Source of the DNA: Candidatus Omnitrophota bacterium
GTDB lineage: Bacteria > Omnitrophota > Gorgyraeia > Zapsychrales > Fredricksoniimonadaceae
Assembly: GCA_015232565.1 (NCBI GenBank)
Contig: JADFZK010000012.1
Location: 1-62,934 of the forward strand
DNA: 62,934 bases
Direction of reading: 5' to 3'
Of this stretch, positions 37,854-46,902 are shown one piece after another. Position numbers and translations under genes: made by a program. Within the stretch, counting starts at the first letter, position 1. The number at the start of each line of letters is the position of its first letter. The notes below the pieces were generated by a model. The model worked only from the letters and a program-made list of their open reading frames with translations. It made no database searches and was not told the DNA's origin.

Positions 37854-39539
37854 ATGCCGATCGCTCACGTTGTATTCCCAGTCCCGGTTGACAATCATTT
37901 TGATTATTTGATCCCCGGGCATTTGTCTGGCCAGGTGGCGGTGGGGTGCCGGGTGCAGGTGGTCTTTGCCCGCAAGAAGTGCGTGGGAGTGGTGGTGGGC
38001 CTGGCGGAACATTCCGGTTATAAGGACCTTATAACGATCATTAAGATACTCGACGCAGTTCCGGTGTTCTCGGCCGCCATGCTGGCTTTTGCCCGGAATT
38101 TCGCGGAGCATAATGCCTGTTCTTTCGGTGAAGCATTGTTCCTGGCTTTGCCGGCGTATTTACGCAAGGCGGGCGACAGAAAGAAACCGGCTGCCGGCTG
38201 GCCGGCCGCAACGGAAGTGGCCAAGCCGGAAGCGGTGCACCGTCTTATATTCGATCCCCTCTTTGAAAAACGCTGGGAGATCCTTCTGCCAATAATGCGC
38301 GCCGAGCTGGCGGCCGGGCGGGGCGTGCTGGTCCTGGTGCCGGAAAGTTCGTACCTGGAGGAAGTGCTGCCGCATCTGGGGCCGTTGGCGGCCGTGGAGA
38401 ACCGGGTGCTGTTGCGCCAGGATGCCGGCAAGGACGAATACGCGCGCTGGCTAAGAGTGCGTTCCGGCGAGGTAAAACTGGCGGTGGGTTTTCTTTCGGC
38501 GGTCTTTGCGCCGGTGCAGTCTTTGGGGCTGATCGTTATTGTCGACGAGGAAAGTCGGTTCTACAAGAACGACCAGACCCCGTTCTATCATGCCCGGGAG
38601 GCGGCTTTCCTGCGGGCGGAGCAGGAAAAAGCGGCGGTGGTTTGTATTTCTTCGGCCCCCTCGGTTGAGCTGTGGCGCCAGGTGGTGGCGGGCGGGGTGG
38701 CTTTCGAGAAGGCGGTCGAGCCTTTGCCGGGGGTACGGTTTTTGGATATTTCGAATTTCAAGATGAAGAAAGGCAGTTTGCTTTCGCCGGGACTGCGTTT
38801 GCATCTGGAGAAGGTTTTAAAAGAAGGCGGTAAAGCCCTGCTTTATGTGCCGGCGGCCAAAGGCGTGGGTTATGTGCTGGAGGAGCTGGCGAAATATTTG
38901 CCCCAGGCCCGGGCCGCGGGGTACGAACAGTCTTCCGGCGCGCGGCCATTGGTGGATATTCTGGTGGCCACCCAGGCGGTATTCCGTTTTCGCGGGCGGG
39001 TAACCTTTGATTTTGCGGCCGCGCTGGATATCGACTATGAATTCCATAAGGCCGATCATCGCGCGGCGCATGCGGCTTTTGCTTTGGTACAGTATTTGCG
39101 GCAAATGGCGCGCAAGTCGGTGTTGTTACAGACCCGGGAATCCCGCAGTCCGCAATTGCATGCCATTGCCGACGACAGCCATGAAAAGTTTTATGCCCAG
39201 GAATTGCCGGCGCGGGAAGAGACCGGCCTGCCGCCTTTTGGCACGCTGGCCGCCCTGGTTATTCGTTCCGCCGACCCCGAACTTGCTTGCGCGGAAGCCA
39301 AAAGGCTTTATGATGTGATACTGGCGGCGCTGGGAGAGCCGGCCGATAGTGCGGAGGATCCCGGTATAAATGTCATGGAGCCCCAGCAGGATCGCAGTGC
39401 TATTTTGCGCGGCAAGTTCCGCTGGTGTGTGGTTATGCAGGGGCGCGGTCGGGCGGCGGTCGTGAAAGCGGCGCGCGGTGCGGCGTTTAAATTCCGTGGT
39501 AAAAAAGACACCATTCTAACAGTGAATATCGACCCATGA
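37854..39539 (+). CDS. priA: Degenerate PriA (primosomal protein N') lacking Walker A and Cys-rich region
   Basis: N-terminal FDYLIP..VGCRVQVVFA..GVVV; VLVLVPE, SAVFAP, DEES..YK...PFYHAREAA, LPPF, KFRW; next to fmt. Confidence 0.72.
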   Translation: MPIAHVVFPVPVDNHFDYLIPGHLSGQVAVGCRVQVVFARKKCVGVVVGLAEHSGYKDLITIIKILDAVPVFSAAMLAFARNFAEHNACSFGEALFLALPAYLRKAGDRKKPAAGWPAATEVAKPEAVHRLIFDPLFEKRWEILLPIMRAELAAGRGVLVLVPESSYLEEVLPHLGPLAAVENRVLLRQDAGKDEYARWLRVRSGEVKLAVGFLSAVFAPVQSLGLIVIVDEESRFYKNDQTPFYHAREAAFLRAEQEKAAVVCISSAPSVELWRQVVAGGVAFEKAVEPLPGVRFLDISNFKMKKGSLLSPGLRLHLEKVLKEGGKALLYVPAAKGVGYVLEELAKYLPQARAAGYEQSSGARPLVDILVATQAVFRFRGRVTFDFAAALDIDYEFHKADHRAAHAAFALVQYLRQMARKSVLLQTRESRSPQLHAIADDSHEKFYAQELPAREETGLPPFGTLAALVIRSADPELACAEAKRLYDVILAALGEPADSAEDPGINVMEPQQDRSAILRGKFRWCVVMQGRGRAAVVKAARGAAFKFRGKKDTILTVNIDP

Positions 39540-40483
39540 GAATTGTATTCTTTGGTTGTGACGATTTTGCGGTGGTTAATCTTAAGCGTTTGGTCGCCGA
39601 GGGGCATACTATCGCCGCGCTGGTAACCCAGCCCGATAAACCTAAAGGCCGCGGGTTACATACGGTCTACTCGCCCACTAAAGCACTGGCGTTGCAGTTA
39701 TCGGTTGAGGTTATTCAGCCGGTTGACCTTAAAGATCCGGCAGTGGTCAGTCAATTAAGAAGTTATAACGCCGACGTGTTTGTGGTGGTGGCTTACGGCA
39801 AGTTCTTGCCGGAGGCGGTCTTGAAGCTCCCGCAATATTTCTGCGTAAATGTGCATCCTTCGCTCTTGCCCCGCTATCGTGGGGCTGCGCCGGTAAACTG
39901 GGCAGTAATTAACGGCGACCGGGAGACCGGGGTGACTTTAATAAAGATGGACACGGCCATGGACGGCGGAGATATCCTGGCGCAGGAGAAATATCCGCTG
40001 TCGGCCGCTATGAATTCGGCGGTATTGCGTGAACAGCTGGCGGTTCTGGGAGCGGATATGCTGGCGCGTGTTTTACCGTCTATTCCTGAAGGCAGGTTCA
40101 CTTTGTTAAAACAGGACGGCAGTCTGGCGACCCGGGCGCCCAAGCTGCCCAAAGAGCTGGGGCACATTCAGTGGGGATGGCCGGCCGAAAAGATTTATGA
40201 CCTGGTGCGGGGCACCCAGCCCTGGCCGGGAGCGTATACGTTCTTAAAAGGCGCTTTGCTCAAGATATTGGAGGTGGTGCCGGTTGAGCCCGGCGTGGCG
40301 GGCGGGCCGGCCGCGGCGGCTCGTGCGGGTGAGATAATCGAATTACATAAAGACGGTTTCTCGGTGCAGGCTGGCGACCGGGCTTTGTTAATAAAACGGG
40401 TGCATCCGGCCGGCGGCAAGCCGATGGACGCCCGCCAGTTCCTGGCCGGGCATAAATTGCAGGCCGGCGATATTCTTGGTTAA
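39536..40483 (+). CDS. fmt: Methionyl-tRNA formyltransferase
   Basis: RIVFFG, VTQPDKPKGRG, VVAYG, NVHPSLLPRYRGAAP, MDGGD, PWPGAY. Confidence 0.95.
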   Translation: MRIVFFGCDDFAVVNLKRLVAEGHTIAALVTQPDKPKGRGLHTVYSPTKALALQLSVEVIQPVDLKDPAVVSQLRSYNADVFVVVAYGKFLPEAVLKLPQYFCVNVHPSLLPRYRGAAPVNWAVINGDRETGVTLIKMDTAMDGGDILAQEKYPLSAAMNSAVLREQLAVLGADMLARVLPSIPEGRFTLLKQDGSLATRAPKLPKELGHIQWGWPAEKIYDLVRGTQPWPGAYTFLKGALLKILEVVPVEPGVAGGPAAAARAGEIIELHKDGFSVQAGDRALLIKRVHPAGGKPMDARQFLAGHKLQAGDILG

Positions 40484-40499
40484 TCCTGGAGGGTTCTTC

Positions 40500-42011
40500 A
40501 TGTTGCAGAAGGCGGTCTTGATAGTAAAGGTGCTTTGCGCGGCTTTGTTGCTGGTTATTGCGGCGCAATTGCTGGCCTACCATTACCGGTTCATTGTTTA
40601 TCCTTTTCCGAATGAATATCGGGAAGGGGCGGTTATGACCACGACTGCCGGCCTGGTGCGCGGGGTGAACCCTTACGACCTGGGCAATCAGCCGCAGTAC
40701 ATGAACGACTATGGTATTTTCTATTCCATTGTGGCTTATCCTTTCGCGAAAGTGTTTGGCGTTACCATGCTGGTGCACCGGCTGGTGACGGCGTTCTTCA
40801 TTTTTGCTTGTTGCGGGTTGATGTTGTGGGTAATGCGCCGCCGGGGGGCCGACTGGTTGCTGAGCGCGGTGGCGCTGGTGATCTTTTACGCCGGGTGTGT
40901 GTATCCGGGCACGACCACGCCCATGGCGAACCCTTCCTCGCTGGGGGTCTTTATTTTTCTATGCGCTTTGTTCGTGCCGTGGTCCCGGGGGTTCTCGTAT
41001 CCAACCTTGTTCCTGAGCGCGGCTTTAGGTATTCTGGGTTATTACACCAAACCGTATTGCCTGTTAAGCGTGCCGATGATGGCTTTGTATCTTTTTCTTT
41101 TCGTGTCGAAAAGGAAGGCGTGCGTTTTTTCCGCGGCCGTAGCCGTGCTGGGGGTTCTGAGTATTCTGTTCGTGGACCGGGTCTGGAACTGTTATTTTGC
41201 CAATTGCTTCTTTCTGCATACCAATCCGGGCTGGATGTCCTGGCGGCATTCAGTGGTACAGCTAAAGGCATTTATTAATTTGAATAATATGGTGCTTTGG
41301 GCCTCGGGGGCGGCTTTGGCGGCGCAGGTGTTTCTGGTGCGGCAGGATCTGCTTAAGATCTGGCGTGAGCGCCGGCCGTTCTCGTTTGTGCTGTATTGCG
41401 CCCTCATCTGTTCTTTAGTGCTGATATTTTTTCTGGGTAAGCATGAAGAAGCTTATTTGTGGTATTACTTTCATCTGGTGTCGCCCTTCCTTTTGATCTG
41501 CATGGCGGTTACCTTGAGCCGGCATATGTCGTGGGCTTGGATCTTTCTGCCTATGTTGTTGTGGAACTGCTGGACGTTCAGCCGTGCGCCTTTGAATATT
41601 CAGTTCGACGCCAACGACCAGAATTGGCTGAATATGAGGGAATTGATCAAGTCGCATAAGGACATTCTTAACTCGCCTCTTATTGCCCCGCTCCTGGTTG
41701 AGAATAACCTGCCGGTGTACGACAACGGTTTATCGGAATATTTCAAGAAGGGCGCGTTCCGGGAAAACGAGCTGGTTAAGATATTCTCCAAAGGCGATCC
41801 CCGGATCATGATGCGGTATTACGTTTATTTAAACGAAGTGCGGGGGAAGATCAAACGGCGCGAGTTCGACCTGGCTATCCTGGCTTTCGATTACTCGCCG
41901 CTGGTGCCGGGCGAGCTGACCCAGTACTATCGTCCGCTGGGCCAGGTGGTCCTTAAAGCGCCGTCGATCGGCGATTGGAAAATGAGCGTGTGGGTGCCGA
42001 ATGACAAATGA
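40500..42011 (+). CDS. Polytopic membrane protein, putative GT-C glycosyltransferase
   Basis: EYREG, YGIFY, TKPY motifs; ~11 TM segments and a soluble C-terminal domain. Confidence 0.5.
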   Translation: MLQKAVLIVKVLCAALLLVIAAQLLAYHYRFIVYPFPNEYREGAVMTTTAGLVRGVNPYDLGNQPQYMNDYGIFYSIVAYPFAKVFGVTMLVHRLVTAFFIFACCGLMLWVMRRRGADWLLSAVALVIFYAGCVYPGTTTPMANPSSLGVFIFLCALFVPWSRGFSYPTLFLSAALGILGYYTKPYCLLSVPMMALYLFLFVSKRKACVFSAAVAVLGVLSILFVDRVWNCYFANCFFLHTNPGWMSWRHSVVQLKAFINLNNMVLWASGAALAAQVFLVRQDLLKIWRERRPFSFVLYCALICSLVLIFFLGKHEEAYLWYYFHLVSPFLLICMAVTLSRHMSWAWIFLPMLLWNCWTFSRAPLNIQFDANDQNWLNMRELIKSHKDILNSPLIAPLLVENNLPVYDNGLSEYFKKGAFRENELVKIFSKGDPRIMMRYYVYLNEVRGKIKRREFDLAILAFDYSPLVPGELTQYYRPLGQVVLKAPSIGDWKMSVWVPNDK

Positions 42012-42726
42012 TACTCCCGGAGCGTCACTGTCGGTGGTAATGCCGGTTTTTAACGAGGAGCAGTCCCTGGAGCTGGCTTTGCGGCGGACTTTGGAATCTT
42101 TGCAAGCCTTGAAAATTGTCCATGAGGTGGTGATCGTTAACGACGCCAGCCGCGACCGGACTCTGGTGCTGGCCCGGCAGTTGGCTAACCGGTATCGTAA
42201 TGTAAAAGTGGTGGACCATCAGTTCAATATGGGGATCGGCCGGGCGTTTCGTACCGGAGTGGAGCACGCCGTGCTGGATTATGTGATCCTGATCCCCGCC
42301 GATAATCCGCCTCAGCCGCAGGACATCGCGCCTTTCTTGCCGGGCATGGGCCGGTTTGATATCATTGCCGGCTACCGTGAACGGCGGGAGGGGTATTCGC
42401 CTTTACTGGCTTTCTTGTCTTTTTCCTATAATCGCCTGCTGGTCCCGTTGTTGTTCGGGTTGAATTTAAGGGACGTTAACTGGATCCAGGCTTATCGCCG
42501 CAAGATATTCACCGAGGGCGGTATAAAGATCGAGCATGCCGGCATTTTCTTCTTTGTGGAGGTGCTGGTAAAGGCCCGGCGCCGTAAATTCACTATTTGC
42601 GAGGTGCCTTCCCGGATGCAGAAAAGGCTGTACGGCCGGCCGACCATTTCCCGTTTGCCGGTCATAATGAAGATCTTCCGCGACGCGGTGGTGTTTTTCT
42701 TCAAGAATCTGACCACTCGGGGATAG
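42001..42726 (+). CDS. GT2 glycosyltransferase (DPM1/polyprenol-phosphate sugar synthase-like)
   Basis: VVMPVFNEE, VNDASRDRT, NMGIG, PAD, DVN. Confidence 0.85.
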   Translation: MTNDTPGASLSVVMPVFNEEQSLELALRRTLESLQALKIVHEVVIVNDASRDRTLVLARQLANRYRNVKVVDHQFNMGIGRAFRTGVEHAVLDYVILIPADNPPQPQDIAPFLPGMGRFDIIAGYRERREGYSPLLAFLSFSYNRLLVPLLFGLNLRDVNWIQAYRRKIFTEGGIKIEHAGIFFFVEVLVKARRRKFTICEVPSRMQKRLYGRPTISRLPVIMKIFRDAVVFFFKNLTTRG

Positions 42727-42788
42727 CCGGATGCCGGGCTAATAATTAATGGGGTCAGAATGATCATCAATCCGAAGGAGGCGAGCTT

Positions 42789-43208
42789 ATGTTGAACCTG
42801 CCGATCAGTGAGATCATGAACGACCATCCTATCAAGGTTAAGTCGGATGTGACGGTGCGGAATGTGGCGCATTTGTTATTGCGCATCCGCATTAACGGGA
42901 TCCTGGTGATGGATGTTAATGAACCCGATAAATTGATCGGGGTTTTTACCATGCGGGACCTTTTGCATTTGATGGGCGATTCCCTGGCCAAACGCAGTCA
43001 GAAAATGCAGGCCTTGCACGACGTGGGCGGCCAACCGGTGGGTAATTTCATCAAGGACGAACTGTTAACCCTCGAGGCCAGCGACAATGCCGCCAAAGCA
43101 GTGGCGCTGATGCACAAGAAAGACGCCATTACCATTCCGGTCATGGCCAACGGCAAACTGGTAGGAGTGATCGGCCGGCACGATATAATCAATATAGCTT
43201 TTGCCTAA
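42789..43208 (+). CDS. CBS domain-pair protein
   Basis: ISEIM...VLVM...LIGVFTMRDLL and IPVMANGKLVGVIGRHDII. Confidence 0.85.
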   Translation: MLNLPISEIMNDHPIKVKSDVTVRNVAHLLLRIRINGILVMDVNEPDKLIGVFTMRDLLHLMGDSLAKRSQKMQALHDVGGQPVGNFIKDELLTLEASDNAAKAVALMHKKDAITIPVMANGKLVGVIGRHDIINIAFA

Positions 43209-43234
43209 AATGTAAGAGAACGCGACAATTGATT

Positions 43235-43440
43235 GACGTCGCCCAATGCTATGCCAACCGGGGGACATGATGCCCCGCCGCGGACAGCAATGAGCGGGGC
43301 TTCGTGTCCCCCCTAAAGGGGCCAGGGCCAAGCCGCCTGACAACCCCTCTACCAACGAATGTGAAAGCGACCCAGGTCTCAACCCCAACGCCAAACGCCC
43401 CAAACAACGCCAAACACCCCCAAACACCCCCAAACACCCC
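43235..43440. repeat. Palindromic repeat element, intergenic copy with (CAAACACCCC)n tail
   Basis: Matches 44241-44385 and 62867-62934; hairpin GGGACATGATGCCCCGC/GCGGGGCTTCGTGTCCC; three exact CAAACACCCC units at 43411-43440. Confidence 0.8.
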
Positions 43441-43599
43441 ATACGTCTATATATTTAAATTAATACCACAGACCACAGCGACGGAGCGAGAAACTGTTTC
43501 TCGTTTTCTTTCCGCCCCCTTGATTTTCTCCATAATATATTCAATACTTGGCAAAAGAGCCTCGGTGTTTTGGGGTCTGGCAATTTTATAAAGGCGGAA

Positions 43600-46500
43600 A
43601 TGCGCAAGATCATTGTATTTATAACTTTGCTGTGTTTTATGTTCACCGGGAGCGGTGTGCCCGTGGTTCTTGGTGCGCAGGGTAATGTTTTGCCTGCGCC
43701 CGGCCAGATCATGCAATTAAGCCCCGAGTTCCGTCCCGCTGTACTAAAAGGCCTGAAAGTTTATCCGAACTCACCTTTGCGCCTGGACTTTATTGAGGAC
43801 TCCGGTGATCATCGTGAACTGGCGGGGGAGGAAGGTGCGCTGGCCCGCAAGAACGAATCGGCCCGGCTGGTGCAGTATTTTCTGGCCGCTTTGACTACTC
43901 CCGAGAAAGACCTGTGGGTTAATTTGTCGCCGTATGAAGCCGAGCGGATAATTCCGGAGGCCTTCGGCCAGACGGCCATGGGGCGGGATCTGCTGGAGCA
44001 GGATAATGTGCTTAAGCAGATAACCGCGTCTTTGCTTTATCCCGAAGGAGACACGGGCAAGGTCTTCTGGCAGAAAGTGTATGCCGCGGCATACGCTAAA
44101 TATGGCACCACCGACATGCCGTTCGATACCTTCAACAAAGTCTGGATCGTACCACAATATGCGAAAGTTTATGAGCATGGTGACACCGCCTTCATAGTGA
44201 ATGCCAAATTAAAATTAATGCTGGAGAAAGACTATTTAGCGACGTCGACCAATGCTATGCCAACCCTGGGACATGATGCCCCGCCAGCGGATACCAATGA
44301 GCGGGGCTTCGTGTCCCAAAGCCGGCTGCCAACCCCTCAACCAACGAATGTGAAAGCAACCCAGGTCTCAACCCCAACGCCCAACCACCCAAGTGCCCCA
44401 AGTACCCCAAACCAACAAAACGACATTGCCCGGGACGTCCTGCGCGAGGTTGTGATCCCGGTACTGGAACATGAGGTTAATGAGGGCGCTAATTTTGCCC
44501 CTTTGCGTCAGGTGTACGCCTCGCTGATCCTGGCCCTGTGGTACAAACAGCGCATGAGGCACGACCTCCTGGGCCGGGAATATGCCGACCGGAATAAAGT
44601 TTCCGGCATCGAGATCGGGGAGAAAGACGCTAAATCCCGGGTTTATCAAAGCTATCTGCAGGCTTTTCGGCAGGGTGTTTATAACTACATAAAAGAAGAG
44701 GCCGATCCGGGTACCGGTGAGATTATTCCGCGCAAATATTTCTCCGGCGGGTTTCTGGTTCCTACGGGCTTTAACATTGACCTGGACGCCAGTGCGGCCG
44801 GCAATGATATGCGCGTAAAAGCCGGCCAGCTTCTGGTAGTTGATCTGGGGACCGATAACGGTCCGGGCGTTGAGGAACAACCGGCAAGAGCCGCACGATC
44901 GCTAAGGCCCTGGGGTCTCATCAGGCGGGTAAGGTCCGGCAAAGAGACGGCTGAGCAGCGCGATAATGCCGCGTTCTCGGAAGAGGCCTTGACGCATCCT
45001 TTGGCCAAGGAAATTTACGGCAAGATAAAAGAAGCGGTGGGCGGGTTGGCGCAAGATGCTTTGGTGAAAGGTCCGCTGGCGGATCTGCAGGAGTTGTTTC
45101 AGTCTATGACGGACAATGAGTGGCGTTTGCTGGCAGGTGTGCCGGATTATTTTCGGGAGCATTTATATTCCAGCGATTCTGTTCCGCAGGATGTTTCTGC
45201 GGATGGTGTTGCTCTGGACCTGAGAACGCTATTGGAGGCTATGGGGACTGCTTTTGACCGGCTGACGACCTTGGAGAATTCGGGGGTATTCTCTGGCGAG
45301 ATACAGGCTTTCTTCGACCGGAATGTGGCGTTAGATGTTTATGTGCGGGCAGAAGACCTTGAGCAGGAAGTAATGCATGCCGGACGACGTATTCTGGGCA
45401 TGTATGTTAAAGGCAAGATCAATTTAGCGGAAGCCGAGCTATTGCTTCAGGAATGGACCAATAAGCTTTACCGGAATCGTCAGCAACTAGGCGCTGTTTT
45501 ACAAGCTCTGGATCTGCCGGGAACTTCGGTTACTAAAGAGATCCGCCAGCTTACGGTGCGAGTATTGGGGTTTGCCGATGAAAAACAGATAATTATTGCT
45601 CCGAGTGTATCCGGTTTGGCCTGGTTCTTGTGGTCGGGCTTGGATATTGATCATAAGCATCAGGGAAGCGCTTTTAGCCTGATGGATGAACAGGGAAGGA
45701 GTGTGCCGGTTGCGGTGGTGGCGGGTGATCAAAGGCCTTTTCATTTAGCCAGGGTCATAATTCATGAGGCATCCCATATGGAGTCGGATAAAAGAGAGGA
45801 AATGAATACGGAATTTGAGCGTGTTTTAAATGAGGGTTTTCAGGCCTACCGGGAATATGCTATTTGGAAAAAGGTCATGGAAGCGGCAGGTGAGGACTTG
45901 AGGGTCAATATGCTTGAGATGATCAATGCCGAGTATAAGGTAAAAACTGCTGGTCAGAGTGGCTATCCAATTGTGCGAATAGCTTTGTCTAAACTTGCTG
46001 TGTTATTGCAGAATACTTCCTATGTATGGGAGAACAGGATCGTGCGGCAGCTCTTGACGTTTATTATTCAGAAGCCGCAAATAAGCCTTGAGGGAGGAGC
46101 GGACAACCCGGAGCTTAAGGCGGTCTTTTTGAAAAGAGATTTTGGAAGATTGCGCGCCGCACTGGGGCCTAACCGGTTTGAGGTTATAAGTTCTATTGTT
46201 AATCGCTGGGCACCTGCGGTGTCGAGTAATGGCGGCATAAGGAGCTTTGTGATGAGTGAATGGGTGTTAAGTTCGGCGTTGTTGGTCCCGGGCGAAGATG
46301 TTTCTGAGGAAATAGCCGCCAAAATATCTAAAGTCAGAATGGTTTTAGGTGAGGAATTCAATTCGCCCAAGGTTCCTTTTAAAGGACCGTATGTAGTAGA
46401 TAAAGTAAAGTGGCCGGCGGATCTGGTGAAGGAATTTGTGGCGGTAACCAGCCGCTATCTGACCGATGAGATTACATTGGACCAATGTCGGGCATTGTTC

Positions 46501-46776
46501 GTGCAGATCCGGGACCGGTCCCAGGCGGCCGATCCTTCGGCGGTTGCTGGCCAGCCGGGCGCCCTGGACAGTGCGGCCGATATGCGTTTGGAGAAAGGCG
46601 GTATCGACTTCTCCGCGGAGCGTACCAGGCTGGACGTGAGTTCTGACCCTGCCGGGAGTGGCCGGTTATTCAACCCGGAGGCTTTACCGGAGGTTGGAAT
46701 CGACCGTCTTTACATCAAGAGTATTAACGTCCGTCCTTTGGTAAATCTGCCGCAAATGTTAGGCCTGCCGGGATAA
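43600..46776 (+). CDS. Modular exported protein A (conserved N-domain + gluzincin-like cargo + GGID C-module)
   Basis: Signal-like N-terminus; LWVNLSPYE, MGRDLLEQD, FNKVWIVP, IPRKYFSGG; HEASH-x18-E (LNEGF); GGIDF. Confidence 0.85.
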   Translation: MRKIIVFITLLCFMFTGSGVPVVLGAQGNVLPAPGQIMQLSPEFRPAVLKGLKVYPNSPLRLDFIEDSGDHRELAGEEGALARKNESARLVQYFLAALTTPEKDLWVNLSPYEAERIIPEAFGQTAMGRDLLEQDNVLKQITASLLYPEGDTGKVFWQKVYAAAYAKYGTTDMPFDTFNKVWIVPQYAKVYEHGDTAFIVNAKLKLMLEKDYLATSTNAMPTLGHDAPPADTNERGFVSQSRLPTPQPTNVKATQVSTPTPNHPSAPSTPNQQNDIARDVLREVVIPVLEHEVNEGANFAPLRQVYASLILALWYKQRMRHDLLGREYADRNKVSGIEIGEKDAKSRVYQSYLQAFRQGVYNYIKEEADPGTGEIIPRKYFSGGFLVPTGFNIDLDASAAGNDMRVKAGQLLVVDLGTDNGPGVEEQPARAARSLRPWGLIRRVRSGKETAEQRDNAAFSEEALTHPLAKEIYGKIKEAVGGLAQDALVKGPLADLQELFQSMTDNEWRLLAGVPDYFREHLYSSDSVPQDVSADGVALDLRTLLEAMGTAFDRLTTLENSGVFSGEIQAFFDRNVALDVYVRAEDLEQEVMHAGRRILGMYVKGKINLAEAELLLQEWTNKLYRNRQQLGAVLQALDLPGTSVTKEIRQLTVRVLGFADEKQIIIAPSVSGLAWFLWSGLDIDHKHQGSAFSLMDEQGRSVPVAVVAGDQRPFHLARVIIHEASHMESDKREEMNTEFERVLNEGFQAYREYAIWKKVMEAAGEDLRVNMLEMINAEYKVKTAGQSGYPIVRIALSKLAVLLQNTSYVWENRIVRQLLTFIIQKPQISLEGGADNPELKAVFLKRDFGRLRAALGPNRFEVISSIVNRWAPAVSSNGGIRSFVMSEWVLSSALLVPGEDVSEEIAAKISKVRMVLGEEFNSPKVPFKGPYVVDKVKWPADLVKEFVAVTSRYLTDEITLDQCRALFVQIRDRSQAADPSAVAGQPGALDSAADMRLEKGGIDFSAERTRLDVSSDPAGSGRLFNPEALPEVGIDRLYIKSINVRPLVNLPQMLGLPG
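44241..44415 (+). repeat. Palindromic repeat element inserted in frame in protein A
   Basis: Encodes ATSTNAMPTLGHDAPPADTNERG...PTNVKATQVSTPTPN, absent from paralogues B and C. Confidence 0.8.
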
Positions 46777-46819
46777 TTTCACATTTATTTTTAGCCTTTT
46801 TTCCTTCACAGCGACGAGC

Positions 46820-46837
46820 CGGGAAAGCGCTTTCCCG
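46820..46837. other. 18-bp perfect palindrome between paralogues A and B (terminator or operator)
   Basis: CGGGAAAGCGCTTTCCCG followed by TTTT. Confidence 0.5.
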
Positions 46838-46902
46838 TTTTGCCCCAAACGCCCTTCTCAAATGCCATTTTGTAGTAAATACTTGTTACGGGAGTGGATA
46901 CT

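Noticed and set aside
39530-39545. Absence of def between priA and fmt
   Set aside because: Gene order varies widely; def may lie elsewhere and cannot be assessed from this window
43391-43440. CRISPR array
   Set aside because: Only contiguous 10-bp units without unique spacers; no cas genes; no regularly spaced 25-40 bp repeats seen anywhere
43304-43591. 95-aa ORF sharing PTNVKATQVSTPTPN with protein A
   Set aside because: It is just the translation of the intergenic repeat copy; no RBS or independent coding evidence
43235-44415. Diversity-generating retroelement TR/VR pair
   Set aside because: Differences between copies are not confined to adenines and include indels; no reverse transcriptase in the window
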